64,000 nucleotides of DNA, from NCBI GenBank assembly GCA_965219415.1, contig CBDCNP010000002.1, positions 5,472,001 through 5,536,000 on the forward strand, given 5' to 3'. Position numbers and translations under genes: made by a program. The notes under the pieces are model-generated. The model made no database searches. It was given only the letters and a program-made list of their open reading frames with translations, and was not told the DNA's origin. Positions within the stretch are counted from its first letter, which is position 1; the number at the start of each line of letters is the position of its first letter. Origin of the DNA: Candidatus Marinacidobacterales bacterium. GTDB lineage: Bacteria; Acidobacteriota; Vicinamibacteria; Marinacidobacterales; DATDRI01. Positions 20,940 through 29,561 of this stretch are shown piece after piece.

Positions 20940-21404
20940 GATATCGGCTTGGAACTCTTGGCGGACGCCGCCAAGTCGATGATGGTCCTTCTCTGCGGTG
21001 AGCTGAAGCTACCGTGGTCGTGGGACGACACGAAAAGGCGCAGTTTGGTGGAACGTCTCCGATCGGCCGCTACGCGGGCTTGGAACGCGTTCGCCGAGAG
21101 ACATGGATTGACTGTGCACGTGGCAGGGATCTACGGAATGCACGTAGCTGCTCAGTCGACCCCAGTAGAGTTGCGCCGGGCATTCGGAATCCGCGCATTC
21201 GACGACGAGTTGGGCGATCTCCTGGTGCCCGCGTTTCGCGAGCGAGTGCTGGCTCTGGCGCGCCGGCATGCGCGCGAGACGGTGCACGGCATCTGCGTGG
21301 CTCTCGTCGATAGAGAAGATGTCTTCTATGCGCGCCATCACCGCTTCAAGGCCACCTTGTGGTGAGACGTTGTCTTTATGGCGGAAGCACCGCACAGGAC
21401 GGGC

Positions 21405-21530
21405 TCCGGACGCCTTCGATGCTATTCGTGTGCACGTCGCCGATCACCCACACCTCCGCCTTGTGATTAACGGTCTCATGGCGGGTGTCGTCGTCGGCAA
21501 TGCCCAGATAGGAGCGCAGTTCGTCGGGCG
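21405..21530 (-). pseudogene. IS1595-family transposase fragment
   Basis: DELRSY..HETVNH..WVIGDVHTNSIEG. Confidence 0.7.
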
Positions 21531-21653
21531 TTTCGTCCGGACTACCTTGTGGGGAGAGCGTTTTTTGCCCTAGGATGGTATCTTCTTGCGCAGCCGCCGC
21601 TGCCAGCACGGAGGCGGACGGTGCACAACGCTGACCATTAGGAGAGTCTAGAA

Positions 21654-22160
21654 ATGTCGAAAAATCACTGCCATCCGGCGACTTGGTTTGGAACCTGCGC
21701 AATCGGATTGACCTGTGTTTTCGCGATGGGCTTCGCGGCAGCCTGCTCTTCGGGCGGAGGAAGCGGTGAAGAGGCCGCGACCGAAGAGGCAGAGCACGAG
21801 ATGGATATGGAGGGCTCGGGCGCCCCGCGCGTCTGGTTCATCCAGCCGGAGCAAGGGGCAGTCGTCACGTCACCGGTCGCCTTCGAGTTCGGCTCCGAGA
21901 ACATCACTCTCGAGCCGAAGGGCGACGTCCACCCTGGCGCCGGACACCATCACATCGGTGTCGATACAGAATGCCTTCCCGTTGGCGAGCTCATTCCCGA
22001 GGCCGACCCTTGGGTTCACTTCGGGGACGGTTCTGCGGTCATCGAAATGCAACTTACTCCCGGTGAGCACACGCTCGCGCTCCAGCTCGGAGACGGCGAG
22101 CACCGGACCCTGGACGAGCCCGGCCTCTGCGAAACCATCACAATCACGGTAAAAGAATAA
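21654..22160 (+). CDS. DUF4399-domain lipoprotein
   Basis: Lipobox AAAC; VWFIQP..VTSPV..GHHH..HFGDG..LTPGEHTL.LQLGDGEH. Confidence 0.82.
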   Translation: MSKNHCHPATWFGTCAIGLTCVFAMGFAAACSSGGGSGEEAATEEAEHEMDMEGSGAPRVWFIQPEQGAVVTSPVAFEFGSENITLEPKGDVHPGAGHHHIGVDTECLPVGELIPEADPWVHFGDGSAVIEMQLTPGEHTLALQLGDGEHRTLDEPGLCETITITVKE

Positions 22161-22231
22161 ACCTAAGGAAGCAAGGCCGCGGCGATGAGTGGCGTTGCGG
22201 GTCTTGAGTTCGTTTGTGTTTTTGGACACGA

Positions 22232-22278
22232 GTGCGTCCAGCGAAGGCTGGCATGTTCAGTGGGAGAGAGTCCCACCG
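22232..22278 (+). ncRNA. Probable group II intron 5' end remnant
   Basis: Starts GTGCG, then CCAGC-GAAG-GCTGG and GTGGG-AGAGAGT-CCCAC hairpins; truncated by IS5. Confidence 0.5.
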
Positions 22279-23365
22279 TGCCTTGGTGCACAACTCTCGA
22301 TCTCGGTCCACAATTGTCCTGTACTCGCGGATACGAGGTTCCCCATGAGCATTTTCAAACGCACTCAGCGGAAGTATGTGAAGAAGGCCTACCGCGTGAG
22401 GAATTGGCGTGAATATGAGGCGGGTCTACGCAACCGCGGGAGCCTGACCGTCTGGATCTCGCTCACCGCCGGCAAGCTTGTGAACTGGGACGCGCCCCGG
22501 CCAAGGAGGAGGAAACCGGGCCGTCAACGCAAGTACTCGAACCACGCCATCGAGACGGCTGTCACCCTGGGCATGGTGTTTCATCTGTCATCTAGGCAGA
22601 GCGAGGGATTGCTGCGGTCGTTGTTCGCTCTGATGAAGCTAGACAATGATGTGCCCGATCACACCACGATCTCGAGGCGCAAGCCGAAGCTGGGTAAGGT
22701 CCCCTTCTACCCAGTCAAGCAGAAGACGCCGTTGCACATCTTGTTCGACAGCAGCGGTCTCGCTGTCCACGCCGGCCAGCTGCGCAGAGCACAAAAGAGC
22801 AGGGACTATCGCAAGCTCCATCTGTGTGTCGACGAGCAGAGTGGCGAAGTCGTCGCCGGCGAGCTGACGAGCAAAAGAGCCCGCGATTCATCGCGGGTTG
22901 CATCGCTTGTCGGACAGATCGACAGTCCCATCTCATCGGCCAGAGCTGACACCGCATACGACGCCGGCGGCGTCTATGAGGCAATCGAGAATCACAGCGC
23001 TCATCGCTCGCCGAGGGTGCTGATACCGCCGCGCAAGGGCGCCCTGCTCGCATCGGGGCCGGCGAGCAGCCGACAGCGCAATCGCAACATTGCAGCACAA
23101 GCTCGGCTCGGCAAACGAAAGTGGCACACAGAATCGGGCTACAGCAAACGGAGCAAAGTCGAGACAACGTTCCATCGCTACAAGGCTATCGTGGGCTCAG
23201 CGATGCGAGCGAGAGGGTTGGCGGCACAGAGAGGTGAGGCAAGGATCGGGTGCAAGATTCTCAACACCATGACGGTGCTCGGGATGCCTGATAGCGAGAT
23301 GATCGGATGATGGGAGTCGGGGCCAAGCGAGCTCTCGGCCTCTATCGGAGTTGTGCACCAAGGCA
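22279..23365 (+). mobile_element. IS5-family (IS903-like) element, copy 1, 1087 bp
   Basis: TIR TGCCTTGGTGCACAAC. Confidence 0.92.
22345..23310 (+). CDS. IS5-family transposase, 321 aa
   Basis: YRVRNWREYEAGLRNRGSLTVW, PDHTTISRR, FDSSGL, ADTAYD, GYSKRSKVET. Confidence 0.92.
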   Translation: MSIFKRTQRKYVKKAYRVRNWREYEAGLRNRGSLTVWISLTAGKLVNWDAPRPRRRKPGRQRKYSNHAIETAVTLGMVFHLSSRQSEGLLRSLFALMKLDNDVPDHTTISRRKPKLGKVPFYPVKQKTPLHILFDSSGLAVHAGQLRRAQKSRDYRKLHLCVDEQSGEVVAGELTSKRARDSSRVASLVGQIDSPISSARADTAYDAGGVYEAIENHSAHRSPRVLIPPRKGALLASGPASSRQRNRNIAAQARLGKRKWHTESGYSKRSKVETTFHRYKAIVGSAMRARGLAAQRGEARIGCKILNTMTVLGMPDSEMIG

Positions 23366-24432
23366 GCCAGCGGGTACCGATCCGTGTGCCACGGGTTCGG
23401 AGCATCGAGGGAGGAGAGATTCCGCTTCGCTGCTACGAGGCGGTGAGCCACGGCGGTGAGGTGAATGATCTTCTGCTGAAACGAGTTCTCTACGGAATCT
23501 CTTGTCGCAACTACGAGGCGGCAGCGGAAGCGATTCCGGGCGCCATCGGGCTGTCGAGCTCAACGGTGTCCCGAGGGTTCGTGCAAGCGAGCGCTGCGAA
23601 GCTGCGGGAGATGCAGGAACGGGATCTGACCGGCGAGGATGTGGTGGCGCTGTTTCTGGATGGGAAGACATTCGCCGAGGCAACGATGGTCGTGGCTCTG
23701 GGCATCACGCTTTGCGGGGAAAAACGCTTCTTGGGCTTCGTGGAGACGGACACGGAGAACGCGCAGGTGTTGACGCCGTTCCTGCGTTCACTGCTCGAGC
23801 GGGGACTCGATATCTCCCAGGGTCTGCTGGTGATCATCGACGGCGGCAAGGGTCTCCAAGCGGCAGTCAAGAAGGCATTCCGTAAGCGGGCCCTGATACA
23901 ACGCTGCCAGTGGCACAAACGTGAAAACGTAGTGAGCTACCTGTCCAAGGGCGAGCAGGCGTCATGGCGCAAGCGGCTCCAGTGGGCCTACAACAGGCCG
24001 GAGTACGAAGAGGCCCTCACTGCGCTCGAGCAACTCCACGGTGAGTTAGAAGAGCGGAACCAATCCGCAGCTGGCAGCCTGGAGGAAGGCCTCGAGGAGA
24101 CGCTGACGTTGCATCGACTCGGCGTGCACGCGGTGCTGGGCCGTTCGTTCAAGACGACGAACTGCCTTGAGTCCGTCAATGCTCTCGTCGAGGAACGCTG
24201 CGCGAAGGTCGACCACTGGAAGAACTCGAGCCAACGCCAGCGCTGGTTGGCAACGGCGCTCGTAGACATCGAACCGCGCTTGAGGAAGGTGGTGGGCTAC
24301 CGCCATCTTCCCAAGCTTCGCGAAGCTCTCAAGCGGGAACTGAAGATCGAGGCGAAGACATCAACCGTATCGAAGAAGAAGGTCGCTTAAACGTGAGCCG
24401 TGGAGAGTTTCAACTAAGAATGGGCTTGACTC
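23366..24432 (+). pseudogene. 5'-truncated IS256 element, relative of 17961-19398
   Basis: QRVPIRVPRV...KTTNCLES to stop at 24390; right IR intact; cut by IS5. Confidence 0.88.
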
Positions 24433-24575
24433 CGCATCCCTTTGCAAAAAAAGCGCTTACGCTCCATTTAGCGCGCGGCGAAGGTCGCGAGCGCTATTTT
24501 GGCTGTAATTTAATGCAGCGTAAAGTCTTAGCGTCATCTCACCAACACTTAATGGCGGAAGCACCGCACAGGACG
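24433..24575 (-). repeat. End A2 fused to the last 10 bp of end B
   Basis: GCGGAAGCACC-GCACAGGACG, also at 21381-21401. Confidence 0.8.
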
Positions 24576-24646
24576 CGATCTTCCTTTTTGCGGGTCACAA
24601 CCGCTTGGTCCGGCGCCGTGATTTATACTCGAAGATTGCCAAAGTC

Positions 24647-26479
24647 ATGAACATACTCGGAATCTCAGCCTTCTATCATGACAGCGCCGCCTGCCTTGTG
24701 CAGGATGGCGACATCGTGGCCGCCGCTCAGGAGGAGCGATTCACGCGAAGAAAGCACGACTACAACTTTCCGAAACACGCGGTCGACTACTGCCTGAAGG
24801 AAGGTGGACTTTCGGCAGCGGACATGGACCTGGTGGTCTTCTACGACAAGCCTCTGTTGAAATTCGACCGTATCCTGGAGACGTACCTTGCCTATGCGCC
24901 GCGAGGGTTCAAGCTGTTCCTCAAGGGTCTCCCGCTGTGGCTGAAACAGAAGCTGCGAACGCCTCACGAGCTCGACCGGGGGCTCGAGGGGCGCTATCGG
25001 AAGCGGTATCTGTTCACGCGGCACCACGAATCCCACGCCGCGAGTGCTTTCTTTCCCTCTCCCTTCGAGCAAGCGGCCATCCTGACACTCGACGGCGTCG
25101 GCGAGTGGTCGACGGGCAGTATCGGGATCGGCGACGGGAACCGGATTCGACTCCTGAAGGAGCTTCGCTTTCCGCACTCTATCGGACTGCTCTACTCGGC
25201 CTTCACGTACTTCTGCGGGTTCAGAGTGAACAGCGGCGAGTACAAGCTCATGGGGCTGGCTCCCTACGGCGAGCCTCGCTATGCCGATCTGATGCGTGAG
25301 AAGTTGATCGACCTCAGGCCCGACGGATCCTTCCGGATGGACATGTCCTACTTCGCCTTCTGCTACAAGGGGGTGATGACCTCCTCGAAGATGGATCGGC
25401 TCCTTGGCGGGCCGCCGAGAGCTGCGGAGGGTCCGCTCACTCAGCGCGAGATGGACATCGCGGCCTCCATCCAGGAGGTCACGGAGGACATCATGCTTCG
25501 GACGGCACGCTACGCGCACGAGCTGATCGGCCTGCCGAATCTGGTCATGGCGGGCGGCGTCGCGCTCAATTGCGTGGGCAACGGCCGGATTCTGCGGGAG
25601 GGCCCCTTCGAGAACGTTTGGATCCAGCCGGCCGCGGGCGACGCCGGTGGGGCGCTCGGCGCGGCACTCTTCGTCTGGCACCAGCTTCTCGACAAGGCAC
25701 GGGAGCCTCTGCAGGAGGGTGACTACCAGAAGGGTTCGCTACTCGGCCCGAGCTACTCCCGGGACGAGATAGAGACGTTTCTGGACAGTGCCGGTGCCGT
25801 CTACCGCTACTTCGAATCCGAGGACGAGCTGGTAGAGACGCTGGTCGCGCTGGTCGACTCGGAGCAGGTGGTCGGGCACATGGAAGGCCGGATGGAGTTC
25901 GGGCCACGGGCACTGGGAAGCCGGTCCATCCTCGGCGATGCCCGCTCTCGTGAGATGCAGTCGCTCATGAACCTGAAGATCAAGTTCCGCGAGTCGTTTC
26001 GGCCCTTTGCTCCGTCCGTGCTCAGAGACAAAGTCGATGAGTACTTCGAAACGCGTCCCGACGAAGACAGCCCCTATATGCTGCTAGTCGCCCCGGTTCG
26101 CGCCGACAAACGGCTCCCAGTCAACGGAGACGGCGCACAAGGGCTCGAGAAGTTGAAGCAGGCGCGCTCGGTGGTTCCCGCGGTCACCCATGTGGACTAT
26201 TCGGCGCGAGTCCAGACCGTCGATCCGAAGCGCTACCCTCGTTTCTATCGCCTGCTGGAGCGGTTCCATGGGAGGACGGGGTGCCCGGTGATCATCAATA
26301 CAAGCTTCAACGTGAGGGGAGAGCCGATCGTGTGTACGCCGGAGGACGCCTATCGTTGCTTCATGGCCACCAACATGGATGCGCTCGTCATCGGGAACGT
26401 CCTCCTTGAGAAGGACGACCAGCCGCAAGCCACCCGGCACGAAATCGACATGTATCTGGCACGGTTCCAGCTGGACTAG
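24647..26479 (+). CDS. Carbamoyltransferase, NodU/CmcH/SxtI family
   Basis: ILGISAFYHDSAA, QEERF, HHESHAASA, DGVGE, GEYKLMGLA, GGVALNC, EFGPRALG, NTSFN. Confidence 0.95.
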   Translation: MNILGISAFYHDSAACLVQDGDIVAAAQEERFTRRKHDYNFPKHAVDYCLKEGGLSAADMDLVVFYDKPLLKFDRILETYLAYAPRGFKLFLKGLPLWLKQKLRTPHELDRGLEGRYRKRYLFTRHHESHAASAFFPSPFEQAAILTLDGVGEWSTGSIGIGDGNRIRLLKELRFPHSIGLLYSAFTYFCGFRVNSGEYKLMGLAPYGEPRYADLMREKLIDLRPDGSFRMDMSYFAFCYKGVMTSSKMDRLLGGPPRAAEGPLTQREMDIAASIQEVTEDIMLRTARYAHELIGLPNLVMAGGVALNCVGNGRILREGPFENVWIQPAAGDAGGALGAALFVWHQLLDKAREPLQEGDYQKGSLLGPSYSRDEIETFLDSAGAVYRYFESEDELVETLVALVDSEQVVGHMEGRMEFGPRALGSRSILGDARSREMQSLMNLKIKFRESFRPFAPSVLRDKVDEYFETRPDEDSPYMLLVAPVRADKRLPVNGDGAQGLEKLKQARSVVPAVTHVDYSARVQTVDPKRYPRFYRLLERFHGRTGCPVIINTSFNVRGEPIVCTPEDAYRCFMATNMDALVIGNVLLEKDDQPQATRHEIDMYLARFQLD

Positions 26480-26482
26480 ATC

Positions 26483-26923
26483 ATGATCGTCCAGCTAACC
26501 CTCGACCCATCGAGCCGGCAACTACGGCAGTTCGGGTTCATCGCTCTGGGAGCTTTTGCGCTCCTCGGTGGCCTGATCCTATGGAAGGGAAGTATCTTCG
26601 GCGTGGCGCTTGGCTCTGCGGCGCGGCCGACGGCGTACGTTTTGTGGGGGCTCGGATTGCTTTCGGGTGCGTTCTCCCTGCTGAAGCCCGCCGCCAACCG
26701 ACCGCTGTTCGTCCTTCTCGGGGTCGTGACCTTTCCCATCGGATGGGTCCTCTCGCACGTTGTGCTCGCGGTTCTTTTCTACGGGCTACTGACGCCCATC
26801 GCACTGTTCTTTCGGCTGATCGGTCGCGATCCCCTCACGCGCCGGTGGGAACCCGAACAGAAAAGCTACTGGGTCGATCTGCCGGAGGCTTTTGACAAAA
26901 AGGACTATTTCCGTCAGTTTTAG
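26483..26923 (+). CDS. SxtJ-family membrane protein
   Basis: LRQFG, three TM segments, TPI..FRLIGRDPL, SYW, RQF C-terminus; directly after the carbamoyltransferase. Confidence 0.85.
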   Translation: MIVQLTLDPSSRQLRQFGFIALGAFALLGGLILWKGSIFGVALGSAARPTAYVLWGLGLLSGAFSLLKPAANRPLFVLLGVVTFPIGWVLSHVVLAVLFYGLLTPIALFFRLIGRDPLTRRWEPEQKSYWVDLPEAFDKKDYFRQF

Positions 26924-26942
26924 CGGACGGGAGGACACGTTG

Positions 26943-27134
26943 GTGCCAAAAGACGACGATCTGGCTCAGCTCGCTCAGGAAGACCGCCAGAGTCTCGCCT
27001 CCGAGTTTCGGGACTTCCTGAAACACAACAAGAAGTGGTGGCTGCTGCCCATCCTCGTCGTCATCCTCGGACTCGGCCTTCTCGTCTTTCTCAGCGGAAG
27101 CGGAGCTGCGCCCTTCATCTACACGCTCTTCTGA
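26943..27134 (+). CDS. SxtK-like small membrane protein (DUF5989)
   Basis: FLKHNKKWWLLP...APFIYTLF; RBS GGAGG. Confidence 0.85.
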   Translation: MPKDDDLAQLAQEDRQSLASEFRDFLKHNKKWWLLPILVVILGLGLLVFLSGSGAAPFIYTLF

Positions 27135-27244
27135 TATAGGCTCTCCCTTCACTCTCTGGGTTTTCCGAGTTCCGGGTTTCCTGCTGTACTGGGTTTCCTG
27201 TGGCGTCCGTTGCGGACTTCCTGGATTCGTTGTCGCGGATTCGC

Positions 27245-27460
27245 TCATCTCTTGGAGCGCGGCGTTGCCTCCTCTTTCAAAAAAGGCTGCAGGTGCCGAT
27301 AGACAATCCGTGCCGCTCGTTCGTGCCCCCTCGGCGGTGAAGTGTGACTCGTCCTGGAAGAAACTCTTTCTATTCTTGAAGTCGTGATAGAGGTCGATGA
27401 GAGGTAGCGCGTGGACTCGTGCGATCTCCGCCGTGACCTCGTTGTAGCTCGGGGCGAAAG
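27245..27460 (-). pseudogene. SGNH/GDSL hydrolase C-terminal fragment
   Basis: YNEV..LPLIDL..FFQDESHFTAEG(H)..A, DxxH motif; cut by end C at 27461. Confidence 0.65.
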
Positions 27461-27695
27461 CGTCCTGTCCAAAAACACAAACGAACTCAAGACTGGCGCG
27501 CCGGGCCGTTTCGATCGTCATCGACCCGTGGCGAGCCCCAGACCTGGGGCGTGTCGGAGGCGATGTCGGCCTCCGCACGCGCAGGGAAAACACCGTCCAG
27601 CAACGGGATGCCACGCTCCCGGGCGGAGACCTGAATCCAGGCCCGGGCCGCACCTGGACCAGAACGTGCTAGGCCAGCTACGCCACGGTAACCTC

Positions 27696-27943
27696 AGTCT
27701 CGATTCTGAGCCCCTCGGGCGGCCTCTTTTCCGTTGCCCGCAAGGTCTCCGGTCAGAGCCCGCTCTCCTATTTGGCGCAAACGTGGCACTCGAAAATCGA
27801 GACTAGAGACGAAAACCGAAAATGTGGTTAGTTCAGCTCTTCTAGCGCGTTTCTGGTGACACCCTATCTCTGCAAAACCCCGCCAACCGCGCGGAAAATC
27901 CCACCCGTCTCTGCGGGGCCACAATTGGCAAGACTGGGTGGCG
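27696..27943. repeat. Repeat D, copy 2
   Basis: Homologous to 8070-8260 and 29139-29380rc. Confidence 0.75.
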
Positions 27944-27944
27944 G

Positions 27945-28019
27945 GGCGCGCAACCCGGTCTCTTCCGCACCTGTACCACTGCCCGCAGCCGCGTAGCAAC
28001 ACTTGATGGCGGAAGCACC
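27945..28019 (-). repeat. End A1, empty IS110 target
   Basis: CGTAGCAACACTTGATGGCGGAAGCACC. Confidence 0.85.
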
Positions 28020-28020
28020 C

Positions 28021-28434
28021 ACCGCGCTCGAGCAACTCCACGGTGAGTTAGAAGAGCGGAACCAATCCGCAGCTGGCAGCCTGGAGGAAGGCCTCGAGGA
28101 GACGCTGACGTTGCATCGACTCGGCGTGCACGCGGTGCTGGGCCGTTCGTTCAAGACGACGAACTGCCTTGAGTCCGTCAATGCTCTCGTCGAGGAACGC
28201 TGCGCGAAGGTCGACCACTGGAAGAACTCGAGCCAACGCCAGCGCTGGTTGGCAACGGCGCTCGTAGACATCGAACCGCGCTTGAGGAAGGTGGTGGGCT
28301 ACCGCCATCTTCCCAAGCTTCGCGAAGCTCTCAAGCGGGAACTGAAGATCGAGGCGAAGACATCAACCGTATCGAAGAAGAAGGTCGCTTAAACGTGAGC
28401 CGTGGAGAGTTTCAACTAAGAATGGGCTTGACTC
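28021..28434 (+). pseudogene. IS256 3' fragment, duplicate of about 24020-24432
   Basis: Identical translation ALEQLHGEL...SKKKVA and the same right end. Confidence 0.88.
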
Positions 28435-28829
28435 TGACGCTAAGACATTACGGTGCATTAAATTACAGCCAAAATAGCGTTCGTGACCTTCGCTTCGCGC
28501 TAAATGGAGCGTAAGCGCCTCTTTTGCAAAGGGATGCGTACACATCACCAACAGCAAACAGCGCAAGCACCCGTCGTCCGTTAGGCGAAGCTTTCTCCCG
28601 CAAAGCCGAGCTTTGGGGACTCTGTTCTCATCGAGCACGTCAACGATAGCCGCCTGTTGGTCACGCTGGACCCAACCAGCGATGGCGACGACCAACAATG
28701 TCAAGGGTCGCATCGGCGGGCTCATGACCGAGGATTCTAGCTTCCATTGGCGAACCAAGCCTAGGCACCTCTAATCCGAAACGTCCTGGCGCGTGGGTAT
28801 TGAGTTCGTTTGTGTTTTTGGACAGGACG
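28435..28829 (-). mobile_element. Partial A2 mini-element plus 5' fragment of the integrase-core element with end C
   Basis: LLVVAIAGWVQRDQQAAI..RLTDD; end TTTTTGGACAGGACG. Confidence 0.8.
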
Positions 28830-29138
28830 GGCTCGCCGAGGCGGGTATTGAGCCGTCCGTCGACAGCCGAGGCACTCTTACGATAACGCTTTGGCTGAAT
28901 CCATCATCGGCCTCTACAAGACCGAGGTGACCCGTCGACGCGGGCCCTGGCGTGGTCTCGAAGACGTCGAGTTCGCCACCCTCGAGTGGGTGCATTGGTA
29001 CAACACGCAACGACTCTTGGAGCCGATCGGAAATGTCTCCCCCGTCGAGTACGAGATGAACTACTATCGGTCGCAGGAAGGCTCGCTAGAGATGGCGAGA
29101 CTCAACTAAAACAGTCTCCGGAAAACCCGGGGCGGTTC
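28830..29138 (+). pseudogene. IS3-family orfB 3' fragment with right end
   Basis: SYDNALAESIIGLYKTE..WVHWYN; end CCGGAAAACCCGGGGCGGTTCA, also at about 55080-55196. Confidence 0.85.
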
Positions 29139-29380
29139 AGTCTGGCCAATTGTGGCACTGCAGAGACGGATGAGATTTTCCGCGCGGTTGGCGGGGTTTT
29201 GCAGGATTGGGTGTCACCAGAGACGCGCTAGAAGGGCTGAACTGGCCTCATTTTCGGTTTTGGTCTCTAATCTCGATTTTCGAGGGACACGTTTGCGCCA
29301 AAGGGGGGAGCGGGCCGCTGACAGGGCCGTGCAGCGTCGGAAAAGAGGCCGCCCGAGGGGTCCAGAATCAAGGCCAGGGC
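29139..29380. repeat. Repeat D, copy 3 (inverted)
   Basis: Reverse complement of the 27696-27935 copy. Confidence 0.75.
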
Positions 29381-29561
29381 TATGGCCCTCCGTCGCTCGG
29401 CCCTGGACGAAGGGGTCGTAGACCTGTGCAATCAAATCGCGCTTGCCTCCGAGGGAGACTATGCTGTGCTGGCCGATCACGGTATTTTCAGTATCGATGG
29501 CACGATCCGACTCGGGCAAAATCAGTTCTCAACCGATGGCTCGATATGAATGACCGAAGCA

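Noticed and set aside
13310-20990. Duplicated gene as a DGR template/variable pair
   Set aside because: Differences are not adenine-specific and there is no RT
20949-21365. 138-aa ORF
   Set aside because: Spans the end of a duplicated block into unrelated DNA; probably a chimeric fragment
24647-27134. Saxitoxin biosynthesis
   Set aside because: No sxtA, sxtG or other core genes; only the widespread I-J-K-like triad
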